From an uncultured Acidobacteriota bacterium (lineage in GTDB: Bacteria > Acidobacteriota > Vicinamibacteria > Fen-336): 64,000 nucleotides of DNA. A program made the translations under genes and the position numbers. Position 1 is the first letter of the stretch. The number at the start of each line of letters is the position of its first letter. Where the stretch lies: assembly GCA_963720545.1 (NCBI GenBank), contig OY970399.1, positions 3,347,022 through 3,411,021 on the forward strand, given 5' to 3'. Under the pieces are notes generated by a model. The model was not told where the DNA came from. It saw only the letters and a list, made by a program, of their open reading frames with translations, and made no database searches. Positions 50,583 through 59,957 of this stretch are shown piece after piece.

Positions 50583-51449
50583 GTGCGCGGTAATCCTCTT
50601 CGCATCACCGTGTCGCGGCCAGCCACAGCGGAGCAGGCGATTGCCGCGTACGCCGCGCGGCCTGACTCGCTGCCGTTTGCCGGCGGCACCGACCTGATGG
50701 TCGCCTGGAACGCCGGCGACTGGCACGACCGCGAAGTCCTCGACCTGTCGGCGCTCGACGAGTGGCGCAGCATCGCTGCGGCGGCGGGGGAATTGCGCAT
50801 CGGCGCCCTGGCCACGCACACGAGCCTGCGCCGCCACGAAGCGGTCGCCCGCCACGCGCCGCTGCTGGCGTCGGCCTGCGCCACCATCGGCGGCATCCAG
50901 ATCCAGAACCGCGGCACGCTCGGCGGCAACATCGCCAATGCCTCGCCGGCGGGCGACACGTTTCCGCCGCTCGCTATCTACGACGCCGTGGTCCACATCG
51001 CCGCAGCGCGCGGCGCGCGGCAGGTACCGTTCGCCGCGGTGTTCAGCGGCGTGAAGAAGACCGTGCTCGAACCGGGCGAGCTGATCGACGCGATCACGAT
51101 CCCGATCCCGGCGGCGCCGCCCGACCGGGTGATGTTCCGCAAGGTCGGCACGCGCGCCGCGCAGGCGATCTCCAAGGTGGTCGCGGCCGGCGCCTTGTGG
51201 TTCACGGCCGACGGCACCGTGGCCGACGTCCGCTTTGCCCTCGGCAGCGTGGCGCCGACGGTGAAGCGCGCCGCCGCGGTCGAGAAATTCCTCAAGAACC
51301 GCTGGCTCACCAGGAACGTGGTGCGCGAGGCGTGCCTCAAGCTCGAAGCCGACATCAAGCCCATCGACGACATCAGGTCCACCGCGGAGTATCGAATAAA
51401 CGTTGCCAGGGCGCTGCTGTCGTCCTTCCTCGGCCAGGACCCCCGTTGA
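50583..51449 (+). CDS. Xanthine dehydrogenase family FAD-binding subunit (CoxM/XdhB-like)
   Basis: 288 aa; FAD-binding molybdopterin-dehydrogenase pattern (AGGTDL, GTLGGNIANASP). Confidence 0.8.
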   Translation: MRGNPLRITVSRPATAEQAIAAYAARPDSLPFAGGTDLMVAWNAGDWHDREVLDLSALDEWRSIAAAAGELRIGALATHTSLRRHEAVARHAPLLASACATIGGIQIQNRGTLGGNIANASPAGDTFPPLAIYDAVVHIAAARGARQVPFAAVFSGVKKTVLEPGELIDAITIPIPAAPPDRVMFRKVGTRAAQAISKVVAAGALWFTADGTVADVRFALGSVAPTVKRAAAVEKFLKNRWLTRNVVREACLKLEADIKPIDDIRSTAEYRINVARALLSSFLGQDPR

Positions 51450-52771
51450 AAACGAAACGGCCGGAGAAACAAGCGCGGGCGTCGTTCACCCCGGTGCTGG
51501 CCACGCTGCGCCGCGCCAACAGCGTGCTGGCGAAGCGCTATCCGGGCGATCCCGACGGCCGCCAGCCGGTGCACACCGTCTACGGCGGCGCGCACCTCTT
51601 CAAGGCCGATACCGCACCGCGCCTGGGCGCGCTCGCCCTGCGCGCGCTCGACCAGCACGCGCCCGACCCGATCTCGTTCGCCGGCGCGCTGCAGTTGCAG
51701 GTGCCCGACGGCCTCGACCCGTTCCGTCACGCCACCGAGATCTACGAGCGCGTCACGGCCAAGCTGCGACGTGAGCCGGTGGAAGACTTCCGCATCGACT
51801 TCGAGGACGGCTACGGCAACCGCCCCGACGCCGAGGAGGACGGGCACGCCGTGTCCGCGGCCCGCGCCGTGGCGGAGGGTGCCCGGGCGGGCACGCTGCC
51901 GCCGTTCATCGGCATCCGCATCAAGACGCTCTCGAACGAACTCGCCGCGCGCAGCCTGCGCACTCTCGAGGTCTTCGTCGCCACGCTGGTAGAGGCGACC
52001 GGCGGCCGGCTGCCGCCGGGCTTCGTCGTCACCCTGCCGAAGATCATGGTGCCCGGACAGGTGCGGGCGCTGGCGCGGGCGCTTGCCGCGCTCGAGAAGG
52101 CGCACGGCCTCGCCGACCACTCGCTGCGCTTCGAGCTGATGGTGGAGACCACGCCCTCGATCTTCGACCACGAGGGACGCCTGGCGCTGCCGGCCCTGAT
52201 CGCGCTCGGCGACTCGCGCATCACCGCGGCGCACTTCGGCACTTACGACTACACCGCGTCGTGCAATATCACCGCCGCACACCAGTCGATGACGCATCCG
52301 GCCTGCGACTTCGCCAAGCAGGTGATGCAGGTGGCGCTCGCCGGCACCGGCATCACGCTCTCGGACGGCGCCACCAACGTGATGCCGGTCGGCGAGCGCG
52401 AGACCGTGCACCACGCCTGGCACCTGCACTTCCAGCAGGCGCGCCATTCGCTGATGCAGGGCTTCTACCAGGGGTGGGACCTGCACCCGGCACAGCTCGC
52501 GAGCCGCTATGCCGCGGTCTACTCGTTCTTCCTCGAGGGCCTCGGGCCGGCCTCCGAACGGCTGCGCAACTTCGTGGACAAGGCGGCGCAGGCAACGCTC
52601 GTCGGCGACATCTTCGACGACGCCGCCACCGGCCAGGGCCTGCTCAACTACTTTCTGCGCGCCCTCAACTGCGGCGCCATCGACGAGGCCCAGGCGCTCG
52701 CCACCGGCCTCACCCGCGACGAGCTGCGCACCCGCTCGTTCGTGCGGATCATGAAGGCGCGGCGCGCGTAG
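51446..52771 (+). CDS. Malate synthase / CitE-like (HpcH-HpaI) superfamily protein, putative
   Basis: TTG start overlapping the upstream stop; DFEDGYG acidic motif and TIM-barrel-like pattern; family assignment tentative. Confidence 0.45.
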   Translation: MKTKRPEKQARASFTPVLATLRRANSVLAKRYPGDPDGRQPVHTVYGGAHLFKADTAPRLGALALRALDQHAPDPISFAGALQLQVPDGLDPFRHATEIYERVTAKLRREPVEDFRIDFEDGYGNRPDAEEDGHAVSAARAVAEGARAGTLPPFIGIRIKTLSNELAARSLRTLEVFVATLVEATGGRLPPGFVVTLPKIMVPGQVRALARALAALEKAHGLADHSLRFELMVETTPSIFDHEGRLALPALIALGDSRITAAHFGTYDYTASCNITAAHQSMTHPACDFAKQVMQVALAGTGITLSDGATNVMPVGERETVHHAWHLHFQQARHSLMQGFYQGWDLHPAQLASRYAAVYSFFLEGLGPASERLRNFVDKAAQATLVGDIFDDAATGQGLLNYFLRALNCGAIDEAQALATGLTRDELRTRSFVRIMKARRA

Positions 52772-53572
52772 TCAGCGCCTGCGGATCCACCAGGCCGCGC
52801 CCCAGCCGACCAGGACCATCGCACCGAGCACCGCGAGCGGGTGGCCGCTGCCGTAGGCGATTGTCGGGAAGTGGCTGCCGACCATGGTGAAGAGCACCGG
52901 CAGCACGATAAAGGTGTTGTGCCTGGAGCGGCTCCTGGCGGTGGCCGCGAGCAGCGGATCGGGAGCCTGGCCGGCGCGGATGGCGCGCACCATCTGCTTC
53001 TGGCCGGGGATGATGCGGTCGGTGACGTTCGTCGCCATGATGGTGCCGAGCAGCGCGCCCACGTGGATGTAGGCGGCGCGCGGGCTCATCACCTGCAGCA
53101 GCCACCACGCGGCCGCCAGCAACAGGAGGTACGAGAGGACGATCGCGGCTGTCTCGAAGCGGCCCATGGCGCGCGCCCAGAGCTGGTCGTACACCATCCG
53201 GCCGACGAACACGGTGAGGATCCCCTGGAACACGGCGCGCCCGACGCTCGCTTCGGGGTCGGCCACCATCAGCCCGCCGGTCCAGTACACCATCAGCAGC
53301 AGCGCGACGCCCGAGGACCAGGTAAAAATCGCCTCCCACTGGAACCAGTGCAGGGTCTTCGGCAGCGGCGCCAGTGTCGCACGCTTCTCGACCACGTAGA
53401 AGCCGCCGCTGTGCACCATGAACACCTGGTTGCCGGGGTTTTCCTCGGCGTCGGCGAACGCGCGCTCGAGGAACGTGAAGAGCCAGGTCTGGCCGATCCA
53501 GAGAATCGCCGCGAACACGTGCGACCAGCGCAGCGCGAGGTGCAGCCATTCGCTCCAGTCGCTCCACTGCAT
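52772..53572 (-). CDS. Integral membrane protein resembling the membrane domain of PuuD-type urate hydroxylase (tentative)
   Basis: 266 aa, ~6 TM helices with conserved His/Trp-rich segments, no CxxCH heme motif; assignment leans on its position in the purine catabolism cluster. Confidence 0.5.
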   Translation of the reverse strand: MQWSDWSEWLHLALRWSHVFAAILWIGQTWLFTFLERAFADAEENPGNQVFMVHSGGFYVVEKRATLAPLPKTLHWFQWEAIFTWSSGVALLLMVYWTGGLMVADPEASVGRAVFQGILTVFVGRMVYDQLWARAMGRFETAAIVLSYLLLLAAAWWLLQVMSPRAAYIHVGALLGTIMATNVTDRIIPGQKQMVRAIRAGQAPDPLLAATARSRSRHNTFIVLPVLFTMVGSHFPTIAYGSGHPLAVLGAMVLVGWGAAWWIRRR

Positions 53573-53576
53573 GGGC

Positions 53577-53921
53577 TTACGTCCCCTTGTAGGTGCTGTA
53601 GCCGAACGGGCTCAATAGCAGGGGCACGTGGCTGTGCGCTGTGGCGTCGTCCACGTCGAATACCACGATCGCGTACGGGAAGAACGAGCGGCTGCCTTTC
53701 TCCGACTGGTACACGCCCACCTCGAAGGTGAGCCGGTAGCGGCCGGTGGTGAAGTCGGAGCCGCCCCAAAGGCCGCGCGCCCGGCCGTCGGCATCGGTGT
53801 GGCCGCGGCCGACGACCACCCAGTCGCCGCCGACTTCCTTCTCGAGGAGCACCGGCACGCCGGCCGCCGGCCGGCCGCGCGCCGTGTCGAGCACATGGGT
53901 CGTGATGCCACCACCGTTCAT
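53577..53921 (-). CDS. 5-hydroxyisourate hydrolase (transthyretin-like)
   Basis: 114 aa; transthyretin-fold motifs (ITTHVLDTARGRPAAGV); C-terminal YKGT in place of the usual YRGS. Confidence 0.75.
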   Translation of the reverse strand: MNGGGITTHVLDTARGRPAAGVPVLLEKEVGGDWVVVGRGHTDADGRARGLWGGSDFTTGRYRLTFEVGVYQSEKGSRSFFPYAIVVFDVDDATAHSHVPLLLSPFGYSTYKGT

Positions 53922-54431
53922 CTAGGGAACCTCCGCGAGCCACTTGTCGAGCCGCAATGCAGTGATCTTCTCCTGTTCGCTCGCCGCTTTCCTGAGCTCG
54001 GCCGCGGGCGAGGCGCGCAGCCGCTCGCGCAGGTCCTCGAGCATGTCCGCGGCGCTCCGGCCGGTGGCACAGACGATGAAGATGTGGCCGAACTGCCGCT
54101 CGTACTCCAGGTTGCCGGCCATCAGCGCCACGAGCGTCTTTTCGTCAGCGCCAGCCGCGGCGTGCTGCTCGCCCTGCGACCAGGTGGCGGCGAAGCGCTC
54201 GCGCATCGCCTCGAGGTCGCCGATGCGCGGATGTTGCGCGAACGCCTCGAGCCAGTCCTCGCGGTCGAGCGCGCGCCATGCCGTGCGTGCCGCCTCGTGG
54301 AGCGCTGCCGCGCTTGCGAACGGCCGGCCCAGGAGCATGGCGTCAACCCAGCGGCTCGAGCCGCAGCAGCGGCTGAAGCCGGCCGCGGCATCGGCCTCAG
54401 GAAGGCCGTTAACGGCGGCGAGTCCGCCCAT
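53922..54431 (-). CDS. OHCU decarboxylase (2-oxo-4-hydroxy-4-carboxy-5-ureidoimidazoline decarboxylase)
   Basis: 169 aa; motifs HPRIG and FGHIFIVCATG. Confidence 0.8.
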   Translation of the reverse strand: MGGLAAVNGLPEADAAAGFSRCCGSSRWVDAMLLGRPFASAAALHEAARTAWRALDREDWLEAFAQHPRIGDLEAMRERFAATWSQGEQHAAAGADEKTLVALMAGNLEYERQFGHIFIVCATGRSAADMLEDLRERLRASPAAELRKAASEQEKITALRLDKWLAEVP

Positions 54432-55401
54432 GGATCCGCAACCTGCTGATGCCGCCGTCCGGGAAGATGCGCAGGCGCACGTGGGTGAATGGCCCCGCGG
54501 CGCGCAGCATCGCCGCGCCGAAATAGTGCCGCGTGTTCGCCTTCAGCGGGCTGCGCTGCAGCACGTCCTGCCACGGCCCGCCGTCCACATCGGCGGCCAC
54601 CGCGTCGGCTTCGCCCAGGTGCGCCGCCTGCAGCGACGCGCTCTCCGGGAAGTTGCCCTTGAAGTGGTTGGTGTCGATCTCGATGCGCTCCAGCACGCCG
54701 GCGTTGCCGAGTTTGACGATCACCCAGTCATAGCCCGGCCCGCGGCGCCGCCGCGTCTCCCACCCCTCGCCCATGTTGGGCGCGCGGCCCGGCAGGATCA
54801 GGTTCGACTTGAGGCCGAAGTGTTCGTCGCTCGCGAGCAGCACGCGGCCGCCGTGTTCCAGCGCCGCGAGGTCCACGAGCTTGCCCGCGAGCGCCGGCCA
54901 GTCGACGCTGACCTCGCCGTGGACCCGCAGGCGCGCGACGCCGCCGTCCGGAAAGATGTTGAGCCGCACGTGCGTCACCGGCGGGCGCAGCGGCACTTCC
55001 ACGGGGTTCGACGCGCCGGGCGACAGCAGCCACGGATCGACGACCTGCACCCAGGCGGCGTGCGCCAGCTTGTCCTTGGTGGCCGTGCCCTTCAGGTCGC
55101 AGACGTCGATCGAGGCGCGCTCCGGCTGGTTGCCGATGAAGTAGTTGGTGTCCACGTCGATGCCGCGCAGCACGCCGCGCAGCCCCAGCTCGACGATGCA
55201 CCAGTCGTGGCCCGGGGTGCGGCGCCGGCGCGTCTCCCAGCCGTCCATCCACTTGCCGCGCTGGGTGAACTTGTCGGCGATGAAGACGCCGCGGCCGGGG
55301 CGCAGGAGGTTGTGGCGCGAGGCGAAGAACTCGTCGTTCGCCAGCAGGGCGCGCCCGCCGACGCGTGCGGCGGCGAGGTCCGGATAGTCAGCGAAGTCCA
55401 T
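54409..55401 (-). CDS. Allantoicase
   Basis: 330 aa from ATG 55401; two repeated allantoicase domains (GWETRRRR..., IFPDGG...RLR twice). Confidence 0.85.
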   Translation of the reverse strand: MDFADYPDLAAARVGGRALLANDEFFASRHNLLRPGRGVFIADKFTQRGKWMDGWETRRRRTPGHDWCIVELGLRGVLRGIDVDTNYFIGNQPERASIDVCDLKGTATKDKLAHAAWVQVVDPWLLSPGASNPVEVPLRPPVTHVRLNIFPDGGVARLRVHGEVSVDWPALAGKLVDLAALEHGGRVLLASDEHFGLKSNLILPGRAPNMGEGWETRRRRGPGYDWVIVKLGNAGVLERIEIDTNHFKGNFPESASLQAAHLGEADAVAADVDGGPWQDVLQRSPLKANTRHYFGAAMLRAAGPFTHVRLRIFPDGGISRLRIHGRTRRR

Positions 55402-56749
55402 GTCGTCGTCGCTCCAGCAGCTCACCGCGGGGCGCGACATCTGCGAGGACGCCCTCGCCGAACACGCGCGTGCCCCGCACGAACGTCGCCACCACGCGGC
55501 CGCGCAAGGTGCGTCCAAGGTAGGGGGTCAGCGCGTGGCGGTGGCGAATCATATCCTGCGCCACGACCACGCTTCCATCGGGGTCGAAGGCCACCACGTC
55601 GGCGTCGAGGCCTGCCGCCAGCCGGCCCTTGCGGTGGTCGAGCCCGGCGAGCCGCGCCGGAGCCGCGGCCATCAGGCGGCTGAGGTCGGGAAATCCAAGG
55701 CCGCGGGCCTCGGCCCCGGTCCAGGTCGCGCTGAGCGCGAACTGCAGCGAGGCGATGCCGCCCCACGCCTGCATGAAGTCCCCGGCCTCGCGTGCCTTCA
55801 GCGCCGGCACGCACGGCGAATGGTCCGAGACGACCATGTCGATGGTGCCGTCGGCGAGCGCCGCCCACAGCCGTTCGCGGTTCGCGCGCTCGCGGATCGG
55901 TGGCGCGCACTTGAACTCGGTGGCGCCGTCTGCGATGCCTTCCGCGTCGAAGGTGAGGTAGTGCGGACAGGTCTCGACGCTGATCGGCACCGAGCGCGCA
56001 CGCGCCGCCCGGAGCGGAGCGAGCGCTTCGTCCGACGAGAGGTGCACCACGTGCACCGGCGCGCGCAATTCCTCGGCGAGACCGATGAGCCTGGCGATCG
56101 CCGCGTTTTCCCAGGCCTTGGGGCGGCTCGCGAGAAAGGTCGAGTAGGCCGCGGGGCCCGAGGTTGCGGCATGCGGCGCACCCAGGTCTTCCTCGGCGTG
56201 GGCGAGCAGGGGAATGCCGCGCGGGCCCAGCACAGCGAGCGCCTGCCGCAGGTCGGCTTCGGCGCTGCACGGGAAGTCGTCGATCCCCGAGTGCACGAGG
56301 AACGCCTTGAAGCCGCACGCGCCGGCATCGATCATCGCCGCGAGTTCAGAGGCGTTGCCGGGAACGATGCCGCCCCAGAAGGCCGTGTCCACATGGCAGC
56401 GGCCGGCCGCCGCGGCGCGCTTCTCGGCGAGCGCGGCGAGGGTGGTGGTCACCGGGATGCTGTTGAGCGGCATGTCCACGATGGTGGTGATGCCGCCGGC
56501 GGCAGCCGCCGCGGTCGCGGTGGCGAAGCCTTCCCATTCGCTGCGGCCCGGCTCGTTGACGTGCACGTGCGAGTCCACGATCCCCGGCATCAGCACCAGC
56601 GGATCGAAGTCCTCGACCGCGTAGCCCGCGGGGACCTCGTGAGGCGCCGTCACGGCGTCGATACGGCCGTCGCGGATCAGGATGGCGCCGGGGTTGCAGC
56701 CGGCGCCCGTCAGGACGCGGCCGCTGCGCAGGGCCGTGCCCGCCACCAT
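55388..56749 (-). CDS. Allantoinase (cyclic amidohydrolase family)
   Basis: 454 aa from ATG 56749; metal-binding HVHVNEPGR, carboxylated-Lys region FKAF, SDHSP motif. Confidence 0.8.
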   Translation of the reverse strand: MVAGTALRSGRVLTGAGCNPGAILIRDGRIDAVTAPHEVPAGYAVEDFDPLVLMPGIVDSHVHVNEPGRSEWEGFATATAAAAAGGITTIVDMPLNSIPVTTTLAALAEKRAAAAGRCHVDTAFWGGIVPGNASELAAMIDAGACGFKAFLVHSGIDDFPCSAEADLRQALAVLGPRGIPLLAHAEEDLGAPHAATSGPAAYSTFLASRPKAWENAAIARLIGLAEELRAPVHVVHLSSDEALAPLRAARARSVPISVETCPHYLTFDAEGIADGATEFKCAPPIRERANRERLWAALADGTIDMVVSDHSPCVPALKAREAGDFMQAWGGIASLQFALSATWTGAEARGLGFPDLSRLMAAAPARLAGLDHRKGRLAAGLDADVVAFDPDGSVVVAQDMIRHRHALTPYLGRTLRGRVVATFVRGTRVFGEGVLADVAPRGELLERRRHGLR

Positions 56750-57204
56750 CAGTACGTCTGCTTGCCGGGCAGCGCCTGCCAGTCGCTGAGCAGCTTGCGG
56801 CAGGCGCCGCGGGCGACGCCCTTCACGATCTTCACCTTGCTGCGTCCGAGCCGCTTCAGCGTGGTGTTGGAAATCGTCAGCTCGTTGAAGCCGAGGCGCT
56901 TGACGTCGGGCACCGAGGTGCCGAAGTAGATCCTGTCCACCTGGGCCCAATGGATCGCGGCGAAGCACATCGGGCAGGGCTCGGTGGTCGAGTACAGCTC
57001 GCAGCCGGCGAGCAGGTGCGTGCCCAACGCCTTCGTGGCAATGCCGATGGCTTCGATCTCGGCGTGCCTCGTGGGGTTGCCGGTGCGCAGCACGCGGTTG
57101 TGCGCCACCGCGACGATGCGGTTGCCCTTGACGATGACAGCGCCGAACGGGCCGCCGTCGCCGCGCTTGATGCCGGCCAGGGCGTTGTCGACGGCGAGCT
57201 GCAT
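56749..57204 (-). CDS. CMP/dCMP-type zinc deaminase (guanine deaminase-like)
   Basis: 151 aa from ATG 57204; zinc motifs HAEIEAI and PCPMC; the N-terminal 53 aa of the track ORF are rejected. Confidence 0.7.
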   Translation of the reverse strand: MQLAVDNALAGIKRGDGGPFGAVIVKGNRIVAVAHNRVLRTGNPTRHAEIEAIGIATKALGTHLLAGCELYSTTEPCPMCFAAIHWAQVDRIYFGTSVPDVKRLGFNELTISNTTLKRLGRSKVKIVKGVARGACRKLLSDWQALPGKQTY

Positions 57205-57257
57205 CAACCGGTTCCTGGTGAGGGTGTCGGGCACGAGCCATTGTACGCTTCGTCGCG

Positions 57258-57728
57258 ATGGCCCCTCCCGCGATTCGCGACGCGACCGCCGCCGACCAGG
57301 AGTTCGTGATCGCGACCGCGGCGCGCCTCGCCGAATTCGGCCCGCCCGAATCGCGCCCGGCAACCGAACTGGTGGCGGGCGAAGTGCGGACGCTGCGCCA
57401 GTGGTTCAAGGCGCCACCTGCGGGCACGCGCGTCATCGTCGCGGAGTCGGCCCAGGGCGAGCGCCTCGGCTTCGCCTATCTCGAGCCCGTGGTCGAATAC
57501 TTCCTCCGCGAGGAACACGGCCACCTTGGCATGATCGCGACCGCCGCCGGCGCCGAAGGCCGGGGCGTCGGCTCGGCGCTGCTCCGGGCCGCCGAAGACT
57601 GGTGCCGCGCGCAGGGCTATCGCCGGCTCACCCTCAACGTGTTCGCGAACAACAGCGCCGCGCGCGCCGTCTACGACCGCAAGGGCTACGTGCCGGAGAC
57701 GATCCACTACGTCAAGCTGCTCCGCTAG
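57258..57728 (+). CDS. GNAT family N-acetyltransferase
   Basis: 156 aa; acetyl-CoA binding motif region (RGVGSALLRAAEDWCRAQG). Confidence 0.7.
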   Translation: MAPPAIRDATAADQEFVIATAARLAEFGPPESRPATELVAGEVRTLRQWFKAPPAGTRVIVAESAQGERLGFAYLEPVVEYFLREEHGHLGMIATAAGAEGRGVGSALLRAAEDWCRAQGYRRLTLNVFANNSAARAVYDRKGYVPETIHYVKLLR

Positions 57729-57732
57729 TCGT

Positions 57733-57821
57733 CATCGGCGGATGGGCCGCCTCGCCGACCATCCGCCGATTTCCGTTCGTCCATTCTTTCGTTCCCAGGC
57801 GCTTGCGTCCGGGTCCGTTCC
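57733..57821 (+). repeat. Repeat element copy 5: variant hairpin (57734-57770) plus module CCCAGGCGCTTGCGTCCGGGTCCGTTCC (57794-57821)
   Basis: Starts 6 nt after the GNAT gene stop; same stem variant as copy 4. Confidence 0.85.
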
Positions 57822-57928
57822 GGTGGCCGTTTCCTGACGGTCACTTGCGGCGCGCAGGACCACTCGCCGGCCGCTATCGAGCTACGGCGCTCAGACACAG
57901 TAGCAGAGATCCGGACGGTACGGCCGAT

Positions 57929-57999
57929 GACGCAAGCGCCTGGGGAACGGACTAACGGAAATCGACGGATTGGACGCGAACGATCGCCAATCCGTCGAT
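57929..57999 (-). repeat. Repeat element copy 6 (reverse orientation): hairpin 57961-57999 plus module core GACGCAAGCGCCTGGGG (57929-57945)
   Basis: Main-type 13-bp arms; inverted relative to copy 5 about 190 bp away. Confidence 0.85.
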
Positions 58000-58016
58000 G
58001 ACTGGCGGTGTAGAAC

Positions 58017-58388
58017 ATGGACATGAACCTCGCGCAACACGTCCTGCTGAAGAGCTTCGAGAGCCCCGACGAGGTACGCCGCTTCGAAAGAGGCCGGTTC
58101 GAGACGGTGCGGATCGGCGCGCTCACGATCGGCCGCGCCACCTACGAGCCCGGCTGGAAATGGTCCACGCACGTCGGCGCCCTCACCGGCCAGACTGCCT
58201 GCACCGTCGAGCACGTCGGCCTGGTGGTGAGCGGCGCCGCGGTCGCGGCGTTCGCCGATGGCTCGGTCGCGGAGCTGCGGCCCGGCGTGGTCTTCCACAT
58301 CCCCGCGCATCCCCACGACAGCTGGGTGATCGGCGACGCACCCTACGTGTCCCTGCACTTCGTGGGCGCCGACCACTACGCCAAGTAG
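58017..58388 (+). CDS. Cupin domain protein
   Basis: 123 aa, small beta-barrel pattern with conserved His (HIPAHPHDSWVIG). Confidence 0.6.
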   Translation: MDMNLAQHVLLKSFESPDEVRRFERGRFETVRIGALTIGRATYEPGWKWSTHVGALTGQTACTVEHVGLVVSGAAVAAFADGSVAELRPGVVFHIPAHPHDSWVIGDAPYVSLHFVGADHYAK

Positions 58389-58436
58389 ACTTCGCCGCGA
58401 ATCGCGAATGAGGCGACGACGCGAAAGCGAGGCAGC

Positions 58437-59957
58437 GTGATGCGAAGTGTGGCGTGGTGCGCAGGATTCCTGCTGGTGGCGGGGGCCGCTTCGGCAGCCG
58501 ACGGCGACATCCGCAGGAAGGTGGACGGCTACGTCGCCGCGCACCAGGGCGAGGTCGTCGCCGAGCTGGTGCAGGCGCTTTCGATTCCCGACGTCGCTTC
58601 AGACACCGCCAACATCCGCAGGAAGGCGGAGCTTTTGGCCGGGATGTTCCGCAAGCGCGGCTTCGCGGCCTCGCTCCTCGAGACGAGCGGCAACCCGCTG
58701 GTCTACGCCGAACTGAAGAATCCGCGCGCCGAGCGCACGCTGCTCCTCTACGCGCATTACGACGGCCAGCCGTTCGACCAGAAGTTGTGGAAGCAGGAGA
58801 GTCCCTTCAAGCCGATCCTGCGCGACGGCCGCATGGAAGACGGTGCCAAGACCCTCGCCGACTTTCGCGACTACCGCACGTTCGCGCCCGACTGGCGCGT
58901 CTACGCCCGCTCGGCGTCCGACGACACCTCGCCGATCGTCGCGGTGCTGGCAGCGGTGGACGCGCTGCAGGCGACCGGACTGGCGCCGGCGTCGAACCTG
59001 AAGGTGATCCTCGACGGCGAGGAGGAGGCCGGCTCGGCGAGCCTGCCGGCGGCGATCGCGAAGCACCAGGACCTGCTGAAGGCAGACCTGCTGCTGATCC
59101 TCGACGGCCCGGTGCACCCGTCGGAAAAGCCGACGCTCGTCTATGGCGCGCGCGGCATCCTCACCGTCGAGCTCACCGTCTACGGCCCGAAGTTCGCGCT
59201 GCACAGCGGCCACTACGGCAACTGGGTGCCGAACCCGGCGCTGCGCCTCGCGCAGCTGCTCGCGTCGATGAAGGATGCGGACGGCCGCACCACGGTCGCC
59301 GGCTACTACGACGGCATTTCGTTCACCGCCGAAGATCGCGCCGCGATGGCCGCGGTGCCGGACGACGCCGCGGCGCTGCGCGCGAAGTTCGGAATCGGCT
59401 CGGTGGACAAGGTGGGCGAGAGCCTGCAGGAGGCGCTGCAGTATCCGTCGCTCAACGTGCGCGGCCTGCGCAGCGCCTATGTCGGAGAAGAGGCGCGCAC
59501 GGTGGTTCCCGACCAGGCGATTGCCGCGATCGACATGCGGCTGGTGAAGGAAACCACAGCCGACGCCATCTTCGCGAAGTTCACCGCGCACGTCCGGGCG
59601 CAGGGATGGCATGTCGTCAGCGCCGACCCCGACGACGCGGAACGCGCGCGCCATCCGCGCATCGTCAGGATCGTGCGTGTCGAAGGCGGCAGCGAGGCGT
59701 ATCGCACCAGCCTCGACGACCCGCAGGCGCAGCGGCTGTTCCAGGCCTTGAGCCGCGAGATGGGCGAGCCGCCGGTGCGCCTGCGCACCTCGGGCGGCAC
59801 CGTGCCGATCGAACCGTTCGTGCGCATCCTCGGCGTGCCTGCGGTCTCGGTGCCGATCGTGAACTACGACAACAACCAGCACAGCGAGAACGAGAACCTG
59901 CGCCTCGGCCACTTCTTCCGCGGCATCGCGATCGTCGCGATCGCGCTGGCGATCTGA
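58437..59957 (+). CDS. M20 family metallopeptidase (dipeptidase-like), secreted
   Basis: Signal peptide; M20 metal-binding blocks (LLYAHYDGQP, ASDDTSP, LDGEEEAGS). Confidence 0.75.
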   Translation: MMRSVAWCAGFLLVAGAASAADGDIRRKVDGYVAAHQGEVVAELVQALSIPDVASDTANIRRKAELLAGMFRKRGFAASLLETSGNPLVYAELKNPRAERTLLLYAHYDGQPFDQKLWKQESPFKPILRDGRMEDGAKTLADFRDYRTFAPDWRVYARSASDDTSPIVAVLAAVDALQATGLAPASNLKVILDGEEEAGSASLPAAIAKHQDLLKADLLLILDGPVHPSEKPTLVYGARGILTVELTVYGPKFALHSGHYGNWVPNPALRLAQLLASMKDADGRTTVAGYYDGISFTAEDRAAMAAVPDDAAALRAKFGIGSVDKVGESLQEALQYPSLNVRGLRSAYVGEEARTVVPDQAIAAIDMRLVKETTADAIFAKFTAHVRAQGWHVVSADPDDAERARHPRIVRIVRVEGGSEAYRTSLDDPQAQRLFQALSREMGEPPVRLRTSGGTVPIEPFVRILGVPAVSVPIVNYDNNQHSENENLRLGHFFRGIAIVAIALAI

